Origin: an uncultured candidate division Zixibacteria bacterium
Lineage (GTDB): Bacteria; Zixibacteria; MSB-5A5; GN15; FEB-12
Direction: 5' to 3'
Length of the DNA stretch: 64,000 nucleotides
Assembly: GCA_963806185.1 (NCBI GenBank)
Contig: CAWDXE010000004.1
Coordinates: forward strand, 384,001-448,000
Shown here piece by piece: positions 51,378-60,856 of the stretch. The notes beneath the pieces are model-generated. The model was not told the DNA's origin. It ran no database searches and saw only the letters and a program-made list of their open reading frames with translations. Both the position numbers and the translations under genes were made by a program. Each line of letters starts with the position of its first letter. The stretch's first letter is position 1.

Positions 51378-52598
51378 ATGTGGAATCGCGTCACCGGGTT
51401 CGTCCGCCAGTATGATCGCAACCTTTGGATACTGGTGTTTGGCTGGTTTGTCGCCGCTCTCGGCTTCTCGTCATCAGTCCCATTTCTTGCCATCTATTTC
51501 CACAGTCAATTGGGGCTGTCCACTTCGCAGATTGGGATCTTTTTCGCCGCGATGGCCATCATCAGGTCGTTCTTCATGCTGGTAGGGGGAGAGCTATCGG
51601 ATCGATTTGGCCGTCATAAGCTGCTCGTGAGTGCTCAGTTCCTGCGAGCCATGTCCTTCGCGGCGTTAGGAGTGGTGATATACCTCAACATGGGGTTCTG
51701 GACCATCTGTGCAATCTGGACGGTCGAAGCCGTTTGCGGCTCACTCTTCATGCCGTCCATGAACGGACTGGTGTCCGATCTTCTCCCGCCTGAACGTCGC
51801 CTGTACGGATACGCGCTCGCCCGCTCGGCCGCCAACCTCGGCTGGGCAGTCGGACCCGCGATAGGCGGATTTTTGGCCAAGACGTCCTACTCCTCACTGT
51901 TCTTTGTCTCGGCGGGAGCAGCTCTGGCGTCGGCCCTGGTCTTTCGGTTCTTCTTCAAACCGCCGCCAATGATCATCACTCCGGATCGTTTCAAACTGTC
52001 GGACCTTGTGGCTATCCGGGAGGACAAACACCTGGCCACACATGCCTTCCTGACCTTTCTGCTGACCCTGGTCATGGCACAGTTAATCGCACCATTTTCA
52101 TTATATACGGTCGAGATCCGGGGCATGACGGAATCAGACCTTGGCATGCTCTTCACGCTAAATGGGTTGCTGGTGGTGTTGTTGCAGATACCCGTCACCC
52201 GTCTCTTGCGCAACCAGCGGCTGACAGACCAACTAGCATGGGGGGGACTGTTGTATTTTGTCGGCTACGGCATCGCCGGCTTCTTCGAGCCGTTCTGGCC
52301 GTATGTCTTCGTTATCATGCTCATCACCATGGGCGAGGTGACTTTGTCGCCCCCCAGCATGACGCTAACGGCCAACCTGGCGCCGCCGGGCCGCATCGGT
52401 CGATACATGGGCATTCGCGGATTCTGTGATACGGCAGGATGGTCATTGGGGCCGTTGTATGGAGGCGTGTTTCTTGATTATTTCGCTGATCGTCTGCCTG
52501 TCGCGTGGATGCTCATTGCATCGCTGGCGTTGGTGTCCGCTTTGGGATACTTCTGGTTCGGGCGCTTTCTTCCGGCGGCACTCAATAGGCACGATTGA
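51378..52598 (+). CDS. MFS transporter
   Basis: About 12 TM helices, GELSDRFGR motif A and NLGWAVGP.IGG. Confidence 0.9.
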   Translation: MWNRVTGFVRQYDRNLWILVFGWFVAALGFSSSVPFLAIYFHSQLGLSTSQIGIFFAAMAIIRSFFMLVGGELSDRFGRHKLLVSAQFLRAMSFAALGVVIYLNMGFWTICAIWTVEAVCGSLFMPSMNGLVSDLLPPERRLYGYALARSAANLGWAVGPAIGGFLAKTSYSSLFFVSAGAALASALVFRFFFKPPPMIITPDRFKLSDLVAIREDKHLATHAFLTFLLTLVMAQLIAPFSLYTVEIRGMTESDLGMLFTLNGLLVVLLQIPVTRLLRNQRLTDQLAWGGLLYFVGYGIAGFFEPFWPYVFVIMLITMGEVTLSPPSMTLTANLAPPGRIGRYMGIRGFCDTAGWSLGPLYGGVFLDYFADRLPVAWMLIASLALVSALGYFWFGRFLPAALNRHD

Positions 52599-52600
52599 CG

Positions 52601-55123
52601 TCACATGATGATGACGAACTTGCCAATCTGAGTTCGCGTTGCCGATTCAACCACATAGTAGTAGATGCCGCTGACAATCGACTGCGTGTTGCGGGAGATC
52701 AGGTCCCAGGTGTCATGCATCGATTCAGGACCACCGCCCGGAAAGTCGTGATGCACTTCATCGACCAGGTCTCCGTCCAGCGTGAAAATAGAGATCTTGC
52801 ACACGGCCGGCAAGTTGGCAAAGTGAATTCGTCGGGCACGTTCGACATACTCGTTTCGCTTCCGATTCTCGAAACCGAGCGAATCGTATCGGCTGTCAAG
52901 CGTGTACGGATTGGGGTAGACATAGACGTCGAGATTCTCGCTTTCAACGACGTCCGACGGTGTTTGCGGGTATTCACGGATTGAATTGTCGAGCGGGGGA
53001 GTTTCCAGCGGAGCCAGGCCGGCGATCGGTGAACCGAAATCGAAGACCGTGACTGAAGCTATGTAACTGATCGTCGGGAGCAAATTGTCAGCCACGTATT
53101 CATATTCGTAGTACTTTGGTAACGGTTCGCCGTGTTCGGTGGTAATCTGGTCGGTCGTCCAGTTGGCCGGATCCCTTCCCTGATTGACGGCGTCAGGAAA
53201 CGCGCGATGGATACCGTTGGGCGTCCGAAGATCGGATTGGTTAAACCCGTTCGGTTCGAAGTAGAAAGCCGAATCACCGACATAGAGGGGAGAGGAGCGA
53301 GGATAATCATCGGGGCTGAATGAATCTCCGTATATCTGCTTTAACGAGGTGAGGGTGAATGGGATGTTCAACAGCACCCATTGCGGCGTGACGCCCGCTG
53401 ATTGCTTCCAGTAGTACCGGTTGAAATTCTCATAATCGTACGACGTCAATAACGTGAAACTGGCGTCACGATCGTCCAGCGCCAGGTACACGCGGTATCC
53501 CTCAAAGTCAATCAGGTTCAGGAAAGGATCGGGGGTATTTTCGCTGTAAAACCCGTTCCAGCGAATGTGCAACTTGCCGAGCGACGGCACGACCTTCAGT
53601 TTCGGTGCCGGCGGTGGTCCCGCACCCTTGAAATCCGGGACGTTGTCACCTTCCGTCCAGAAAGTGTCCACCCCGTTCAGCAGGCGAAATTTCCCCCGGT
53701 ATCCGTCTCTGTCGGTGTCCACGCCCGGATTGTCGTAGATCCATGATGCCCATCGAGCGTTGAGAGCGAGGTTGGAGAAATCGAGTTCGTTGTAAAAGGC
53801 TCGTGGATTGTTGGAGTCCCAATAGGTGGTGAAGTCCGACGGATTCACGTGCAAGTTCCGTCCGCCCACCCAGGCAAACGACACCGGAAGGTTCTGGCCG
53901 GGCTCAATGTCAAACGGCCCGAAACTCAATAGGTATCGCGTATCAAACCCGTCGGCAATAACGCTCGCCGTGCCTGGTGGTGACATGAAGCCCTCGAACG
54001 AGTGATCCTGGGCGGTGAACAGGAGGTCATAGTCGAACTCCGGGTGGGACATCAGGTAGTACTTGTTGCGGTCGCCCTGAGGCGTTCCCAGTCCTGATCC
54101 GATCGCGCGAAAGGGTCGCTCGTTCGTTCCGCGCATCCGGGGACCGAAATCCAGCGCCGGATCAGAATAATTGGTTATCCACCAGTTGAAGGAGTAGGTG
54201 AGCGAATCGGCAGGAGTCCGGACAACGCGTGTCGCCATGACGTCCCGACCGGACCGATAATCCCACGCCCCGCCCGTGGGGTCACCATCGTTGTCGGCGT
54301 GCCACGCCATGTTTACGGTATCGAGAAAGGCGGCATCCTCCGGCGACGGAAACGTGGATCGAAAACCAACGATATCGTCCTCCCAATGATCTGAGTCACG
54401 ATTGCTGATGTGCCAGACATCACCATCGACCCAGATCCCGATATACACATCGTCCAATCGCTCGGAGCCGGAGTTGCGGATGCCGTAATCGAAGAGGACG
54501 AAATCATCGGCATAATCGTAGCTCCAGGCCATAGATCGCTGACTGATCTCGATGCCGAGCGGTCTGTGTGATCGACGATCCGTGTCGTCCTGCCCTACCA
54601 GTGTCGGGTCGGTGAAGGTATCGGTGTACATGCACGAGATGTCCTGCTCCGAATACGCCGCCGAGGAATAGAGGGGACTGTTCAAGTCGATTGATTGGTA
54701 GGTGAAGCCGGTGTCGGGCGACCAGAATTCTGCGGTGGCGTAGTAATCCTCTGAACCACACGAAACCAGCGTGTCCTTGCCGACCACCGCCCCGATCCAG
54801 AAAGCGCCGACCCAGAGATAGACGATGTCACTGTTCTTGGGATAGCGGCAGGACCAGGCCGTCTGATTAGTTAGGGGATCGGTGATGCCGTCGCCGAACG
54901 TGCCAAAAGTACCGTTGTTGCCTACGACCAGTTCTACGTTGCCTCGGTTGTGGACGGCATACTTGAGGCGTGGCGGAGCAGCCGCCAGCCGTTGCGCCTG
55001 ACGTACGGCGGCGAGCTGTTTGAAGTCGTCCGACGCTTCGCGGGCTTCAAGAGCAGAAAATCCAGTGGATACTAATAGGGCCGCTGTCAGCAATAGACAG
55101 CGGCCCGAATGGCAATAGTTCAT
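52601..55123 (-). CDS. Large secreted protein, uncharacterised family, with FN3-like and T9SS-like C-terminal domains (paralog C)
   Basis: Signal peptide; conserved blocks shared with both neighbours; VYVYPNPY..IHFANLP..WDL..SGIY..IGKFVIIM terminus. Confidence 0.75.
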   Translation of the reverse strand: MNYCHSGRCLLLTAALLVSTGFSALEAREASDDFKQLAAVRQAQRLAAAPPRLKYAVHNRGNVELVVGNNGTFGTFGDGITDPLTNQTAWSCRYPKNSDIVYLWVGAFWIGAVVGKDTLVSCGSEDYYATAEFWSPDTGFTYQSIDLNSPLYSSAAYSEQDISCMYTDTFTDPTLVGQDDTDRRSHRPLGIEISQRSMAWSYDYADDFVLFDYGIRNSGSERLDDVYIGIWVDGDVWHISNRDSDHWEDDIVGFRSTFPSPEDAAFLDTVNMAWHADNDGDPTGGAWDYRSGRDVMATRVVRTPADSLTYSFNWWITNYSDPALDFGPRMRGTNERPFRAIGSGLGTPQGDRNKYYLMSHPEFDYDLLFTAQDHSFEGFMSPPGTASVIADGFDTRYLLSFGPFDIEPGQNLPVSFAWVGGRNLHVNPSDFTTYWDSNNPRAFYNELDFSNLALNARWASWIYDNPGVDTDRDGYRGKFRLLNGVDTFWTEGDNVPDFKGAGPPPAPKLKVVPSLGKLHIRWNGFYSENTPDPFLNLIDFEGYRVYLALDDRDASFTLLTSYDYENFNRYYWKQSAGVTPQWVLLNIPFTLTSLKQIYGDSFSPDDYPRSSPLYVGDSAFYFEPNGFNQSDLRTPNGIHRAFPDAVNQGRDPANWTTDQITTEHGEPLPKYYEYEYVADNLLPTISYIASVTVFDFGSPIAGLAPLETPPLDNSIREYPQTPSDVVESENLDVYVYPNPYTLDSRYDSLGFENRKRNEYVERARRIHFANLPAVCKISIFTLDGDLVDEVHHDFPGGGPESMHDTWDLISRNTQSIVSGIYYYVVESATRTQIGKFVIIM

Positions 55124-55126
55124 AGG

Positions 55127-57728
55127 TTACATGATGACGATCAGCTTACCAATCTGCGTACGCCCCTTGTCGTCTTCTACCGTCCAGAAGTATATCCCGG
55201 ATACGATCAATTGTGTATTGCGGGTGATCAAATCCCACGTGTCGTGGTTGGCTTCGGGATTGTTGGGGTCGACGTCGTGAGTCACCTCGTCCACCAAGTC
55301 ACCGTCGAGTGAGAAAATGCGAATAGTGCACTTGGGCGGGAGATTGGCGAAATGCACACGGCGCAGGCGGTCAGGTTCGACAGAACCAACACTGGCATCC
55401 TTTTCCCGGCCCTCATACCCTTCTTCGAGATAATTCCCGTCGATACGATACGGGTTGGGATAGACGTATACATCCAAATCCTTGCCGGCCAGCGATACTG
55501 ACGATTCCAGAGCGTACGTGATGGACGGCTGGAAAGACACCTGGGTTTCCAGGCTCTTCAACCCCGACTGCGGGGAGCCAAAGTCAAAAGCCGTCACGTT
55601 GACGTAGTACTCAACGGTGGGCAGGAGATTCGGTATGGTATACTCATACATGAAGTACTTCAGGTACTTGGTACCGTTCTCCTCGTAAACCTCATCCGGA
55701 CTGGCCACAGAATCCGGATTCAGAGAACTTGGATACGGTGGATAGAGGAAACATCTTCTCAATCCCCGTAGTAGGCTGGTCTTCGTTCGCAAAGCGGCTT
55801 CGATTGTAATCCTGCGGTTCAAAGTAGAAGGCAGAATCGCCCAGGCGATACGGACTAACCCGGCTGTACACCAGCGGATCCCACGTCGTCTCCTCACCGT
55901 CAGGCGCATACAGGGCGCGCAACGAGTCGAGGGTAAACGGGATGTCCAGCAACACCCATTCGCCTGCGGTACCTGACGCGGGATCGAAGATGAATTTGTT
56001 GAAATCCTCGCGATCGTACGACTGGGCCAGCGTGTAACTTGATGAGCGGTAGTCGCGACCGTAATACACGCGGTACCCTTCGAAATCAAGCTGGTGGGAG
56101 AAGGCGTCACGAGTCGCCTCTGACCGCGCACCATACCATCGGACGGTGATCCTTCCTACTTCCGGAACCACCCAGTGCGCCGGAGCCGGGGGCGGCGAAG
56201 CGCCCTTGAAATCCGGTACGCCATCACCCTTGTACCAAGTTGTATCCGCCCGGGTATAGACCCAATGGCCCTGATCATTCAAGATGGAATCCATGACGCA
56301 AATGTGGTATTCACCAGCATATCCGTTGGAGTCGGTATCGACTCCCGGATTATCATAAATCCACCCTGCCCAGGCGGCATTCAGGCCAAGATCGGTGAAG
56401 TGAAGGTTCGAATAGAAAGCCTGTGGATTGTACGTCTCGCACTCCAAGTTCTGGATATTGCTGACGTCGGTGTGCAGGCCGAACCCCGCCAGGTAGGCCA
56501 GTGAAATCGGCAGACTCTGACCCGGCTCGATATCGAACGGCCCAAACGACAAGAGATACCGTGTGTCATACCCGTTGGACAAGTCGCACGCGACCTGCTG
56601 AGGCGGGTAAACCCACTGTGTATCCAGCGGTGAAATCTGAGCAGTATATGCCTGGTCAAAATCAAACTCACCATTGCGCATGTACCAGTATTTGTTGCGG
56701 TCGCCTTCCGGCGTCCCCTGTCCGCCGGTGCTCAAATCCCGAAATGTTTTCCGTCCTTGTGGACCAAAATCGCGTCGAGCATCGGAATTTGAAATCCACC
56801 AGTTGAAAGAGACCTTCGGCGAATCGGCCGGCGTCCGCACAATGCGGGTTGCCGTTATGTGCGGCACCTGCATTGACGGCGAGAGACCGAGATCACCGTC
56901 GTTATCGGCGATCCAGGCTATGTCTACGATGTCGTTGAAAGGACATTGGGCCGGTGCGTATGACGCCGGCATGGAGCGGATGAAACCGCAAATGTCGTCC
57001 TGCGCTCCTTCATCCTGGTTGACCAGGGCGAACACGTCAGCGTCGACATACAATCCCATGTAGACGGCGTTGAGGCGTTCCGTCCCCATATTCCGGATTC
57101 GGAAGTCAAATAGTACAAAGTCCTCCGCATAGGAATACGACCAGGCATATGAATTCTGCGAGACTTCAACGAAGAGCGGCCTGTGTCCCCGGTGATCGAT
57201 AACGTCCGGCCTCGTTCCGTTGCAAGCCGTGCAGGTATCAAAGAAGGTGGACACGTAGTCCTGTTCGGAGATGGCACCCTCGTACTCCGGCTTGGCCGGA
57301 TCGGTAATTGAGCGATACTGCATGGCGCCGAGCGCTCCCGCTTCCGGATACAGCTCCGTGCTCTGAGTCCAGCCGTCTTCAGCCACCGACACGAGGGTAT
57401 CCCGCCCGACCACAGCGCCGATCCATACGGCGCCCGCAAAGCAGTACTTGGTATTGGAGCCTTTGGGATATTCGCAGCTCTTCACCGTTTCGCCGGTGAA
57501 TGCGTCCGAAGCGCCCGCGGCACCCTCAGTATATCCGTACGTGCCGTTATTCGATACGGCCATCACGATCCTGCCGACGTTGTGCTCCGCCACCATCAGG
57601 TTCGGCGCCAGTGCAGAACGATCTATCGGTCGGCCATCAGAATCCTTGGACAAGCGGCCAAACGCAGAAGCCGCCAGGAGCAAGACCAATCCAATGCGTA
57701 GCCCCACCTTACCAACTGACATATTCAC
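55127..57728 (-). CDS. Large secreted protein (paralog B); apparent +1 frameshift near 55746
   Basis: ORFs 55692-57728 and 55127-56134 join at KMFP/YPPYPSSL and are collinear with 58103-60697. Confidence 0.75.
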
Positions 57729-58041
57729 GAGACCCTCACTTCTTGAGACCCAAAACTTCCCAGTCCAGTGCGAACCATGTGGTCTGTTCGCTGTATGCGT
57801 ATGCGTTACCCGCGGCCTTCACCTGCCGCGGCGAAAACCAATTCTAAACCTAAGAAAATGCGATAAACAGGGCAAGCCTTTTCACCCCGTCCCCATCAAT
57901 AGACGCTCCAGCGTCAAAGGATGTGGAGTCGATACACTCCCATTTCTTTGGCGTTAACAAGATCAAAATACTGCGCAAAATCACCCATCAACGATGCCGA
58001 GTGAGATGTCCGAACTTTGGCTTAACCGAATGCCACACAAC

Positions 58042-58076
58042 AAAAAAGCCGCCGCCTGGACACAGGCGGCGGCTTC
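58042..58076 (-). terminator. Rho-independent terminator after paralog A
   Basis: AAGCCGCCGCCTG/CAGGCGGCGGCTT hairpin with a minus-strand T run. Confidence 0.85.
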
Positions 58077-58102
58077 GAGTGGCGTCTCCACTCGGTTCTA
58101 AA

Positions 58103-60697
58103 TTACATGACGACTACCAGCTTACCGATCTGGGTGTTTCCCTTGTCGTCCTCGACGGTCCAATAATAAATGCCGGAGACGATCAATTGTGTATTGCGGG
58201 TGATCAAATCCCAGGTGTCGTGGTTGGCTTCGGGATCGTTGGCATCGACATCATGAATCACTTCGTCCACCAGGTCGCCGTCCAGTGAAAAAATGCGAAT
58301 GGTGCACTTGGGCGGAAGGTTGGCAAAGTGTACGCGACGCAGCCGGTCGCGCTCGGCCGTGCCCACGCCGGCATCACGTTCCCGACCCTCGAACCCTTCT
58401 TCCAGGTACTTCCCGTCGATGCGATACGGGTTGGGATAGACGTACACGTTCAGGTCTTTGCCGGCCAGCGCCGTGTTCGATTCCAAGGCGTAGGTGATGG
58501 AGGGGTTGAACGTCACCTGAGTCTCCAGACTCTTCAAGCCCGACTGCGGCGATCCGAAGTCAAAGGCGGTCACATTCACATAGTACTCCACTGTCGGCAG
58601 CAGATTGTCGATCGTATACTCATACATGAAGTACTTCAGATACTTCTTGCCGTTCTCTTCATACACTTCGTCCGGGCTGTCTACCGAATCGACATCGAGT
58701 GAACTCGGAAAGGCCGCGTGCGGAAACATCTTGACAATTTCGGTGAGCGGCTGATCTTCGTTGCCGAAACGGCTCCGGTTGTAATCCTGCGGCTCGAAAT
58801 AGAAGGCGGAATCGCCGAGACGATACGGATTGACCCGGCTGTACACCAGCGGATTCCAGGTCGTCTCCTCGCCGGGAGGCGCGTAGAGGGCGCGCAGAGA
58901 ATCCAGGGTAAAAGGAATATCCAGCAGCACCCAGTCACCTGAGGTCCCCGCTGTGGGATCGAAGATGAACTTGTTGAAGTCTTCCCGGTCATACGACTGG
59001 CCCAGCGTGTAACTTGAGGCACGGTAGTCGCGACCATAATAGACACGGTATCCTTCGAAATCGAATTGTCGAGAAAACGCATCTCGCGTCTCCTCAGAGC
59101 GCACACCATTCCAGCGAACCGTAATCTTACCCACCTCGGGAATCACCCAATGCTCGGGAGCGGGCGGTGGGGAGGCACCCCTGAAGTCCGGCACACCGTC
59201 TCCCCGATACCAAGTCGTGTCGGATCGGGTGATAATCCAGCCGCCTTCCGGGTTGGGGATAGAATCAAAATTACAGACATGGAAATCGCCGGCGTACCCA
59301 TTCGAATCCGAATCTACTCCCGGATTGTCATAAATCCAACTGGCCCAGGCGGCGTTGAGACCCAGGTCGGTGAAATCCAAATTCGCATAGTACTGTTGCG
59401 GGTTGTAATTGTCCTGAAGATTACCCAGATTGGTTTCATCGGTGTGGAGATTCATACCGCCGACGTAAGCCAGGGAGATTGGAAGGCTTTGACCCGGCTC
59501 GATGTCGAAAGGACCGAAGGAGAGCAGGTATCGCGTATCGTAACCGTCGGACAAATCCGGCGCCACCTGCTGGGGAGGATATTGCCACTGCGTGTCAAGC
59601 GGGAGAATCTGTCGAGTAAACACTTGATCGTAATCAAACTCGCCGTTGCTCAGGAACCAGTACTTGTTGCGATCTCCTTCCGGCGTTCCCTGACCGCCGG
59701 TACCGAGGTCGCGGTATGTTTTCCGACCCTGCGGCCCGAAATCCCGTCGCGCATCACCGTTGGAAATCCACCAGTTGAAGGAGACTTTCAGAGATTCTGA
59801 GGGTGTTCTCACAATTCGTGTAGCAGTGACATTTGGCACCTGCAGCGAAGTTGTCTGCGTCAAATCGCCGTCATTGTCGGCGATCCAGGCGATGTTCACG
59901 GTGTCGTTGAACGGGCACTGTGCCGGCGCGTAGGAGGCCGGCATGGAACGAATGAATCCGCACACGTCGTCATCATACCCTTCGGTGTTAATACGTGCGT
60001 GCACGTCGGCGTCCACATAGATGCCCATATAGACGTCATTCAGCCGCCGGGTATTGATATTCTGAACAGAGAAGTCGAAAAGAACAAAGTCCTCGGCATA
60101 CGAATATGACCAGGCGTAGGAGTTCTGGGTCACCTTGAGGCCGATGGGCCGGTGGGGGCGATTGTCAACCTTGTCGGTGGATACCCCGGAGCAATTAATG
60201 CACGTGTCATAATAAACGGCGAGGTAGTCTTCTTCGGAAATTGCGCCCTCATACACGTCCGGCTTGGACGGATCGGTGATCGATCGATATTGCAGGCCGA
60301 CAATATCGTCCGGAAACAGCTCCTGGCCGCCAGTCCAGCCGTCTGCCGCCTGCGAAACAAGCGTATCGCGGCCCACTACGGCGCCAATCCAGACCGCCCC
60401 GACAAACAGGTATCTTGAGGGGGAGTCCTTGGGATAGGCACAGGATTGGATAATTTCGCCGGTGAAACAGTCATTGTTCGAAGGCGTATACCCATCGCCA
60501 AAGGTGCCGTTATTCACCACCATCAGTTCGATCTTGCCGACATTGTGGCCGGCCATACAAAGCGCAGGGGCAGCCATGCCGCTATGCTCGGCACGATAAT
60601 CGTAAGTGGCAGCATACCGGGCCCAGCCGGAAGAGGCTGCAAGAGAGAGGCTTACGGCGGCAAGTAGGGGTACCGCAAGACTACGTCGAATGTGCAC
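58103..60697 (-). CDS. Large secreted protein (paralog A) with FN3-like and T9SS-like C-terminal domains
   Basis: 864 aa, GTG start after GGAGG, signal peptide and the same conserved blocks. Confidence 0.78.
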   Translation of the reverse strand: MHIRRSLAVPLLAAVSLSLAASSGWARYAATYDYRAEHSGMAAPALCMAGHNVGKIELMVVNNGTFGDGYTPSNNDCFTGEIIQSCAYPKDSPSRYLFVGAVWIGAVVGRDTLVSQAADGWTGGQELFPDDIVGLQYRSITDPSKPDVYEGAISEEDYLAVYYDTCINCSGVSTDKVDNRPHRPIGLKVTQNSYAWSYSYAEDFVLFDFSVQNINTRRLNDVYMGIYVDADVHARINTEGYDDDVCGFIRSMPASYAPAQCPFNDTVNIAWIADNDGDLTQTTSLQVPNVTATRIVRTPSESLKVSFNWWISNGDARRDFGPQGRKTYRDLGTGGQGTPEGDRNKYWFLSNGEFDYDQVFTRQILPLDTQWQYPPQQVAPDLSDGYDTRYLLSFGPFDIEPGQSLPISLAYVGGMNLHTDETNLGNLQDNYNPQQYYANLDFTDLGLNAAWASWIYDNPGVDSDSNGYAGDFHVCNFDSIPNPEGGWIITRSDTTWYRGDGVPDFRGASPPPAPEHWVIPEVGKITVRWNGVRSEETRDAFSRQFDFEGYRVYYGRDYRASSYTLGQSYDREDFNKFIFDPTAGTSGDWVLLDIPFTLDSLRALYAPPGEETTWNPLVYSRVNPYRLGDSAFYFEPQDYNRSRFGNEDQPLTEIVKMFPHAAFPSSLDVDSVDSPDEVYEENGKKYLKYFMYEYTIDNLLPTVEYYVNVTAFDFGSPQSGLKSLETQVTFNPSITYALESNTALAGKDLNVYVYPNPYRIDGKYLEEGFEGRERDAGVGTAERDRLRRVHFANLPPKCTIRIFSLDGDLVDEVIHDVDANDPEANHDTWDLITRNTQLIVSGIYYWTVEDDKGNTQIGKLVVVM

Positions 60698-60804
60698 TTA
60701 GGTCCTCCAATCTCTGTCTAAGCGTCGCCAGTATATAGCCTTAGGACGCACAAGTCAAGCTGACTGATTAAGCCCTGGTGAGAAATTTCCTCAATTTCCT
60801 GAAC

Positions 60805-60833
60805 AAAAAAGGGCCACCTTCTCAGGTGACCCT
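60805..60833 (-). terminator. Terminator after M16 peptidase operon
   Basis: AGGGTCACCT/AGGTGGCCCT hairpin plus T run on the minus strand. Confidence 0.75.
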
Positions 60834-60856
60834 CGTCTGAATCCCGCAAAAGAAGC

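Noticed and set aside
60776..60794. Fifth copy of the redox operator upstream of paralog A
   Set aside because: Only one half-site resembles TGTGA; the match is too weak.
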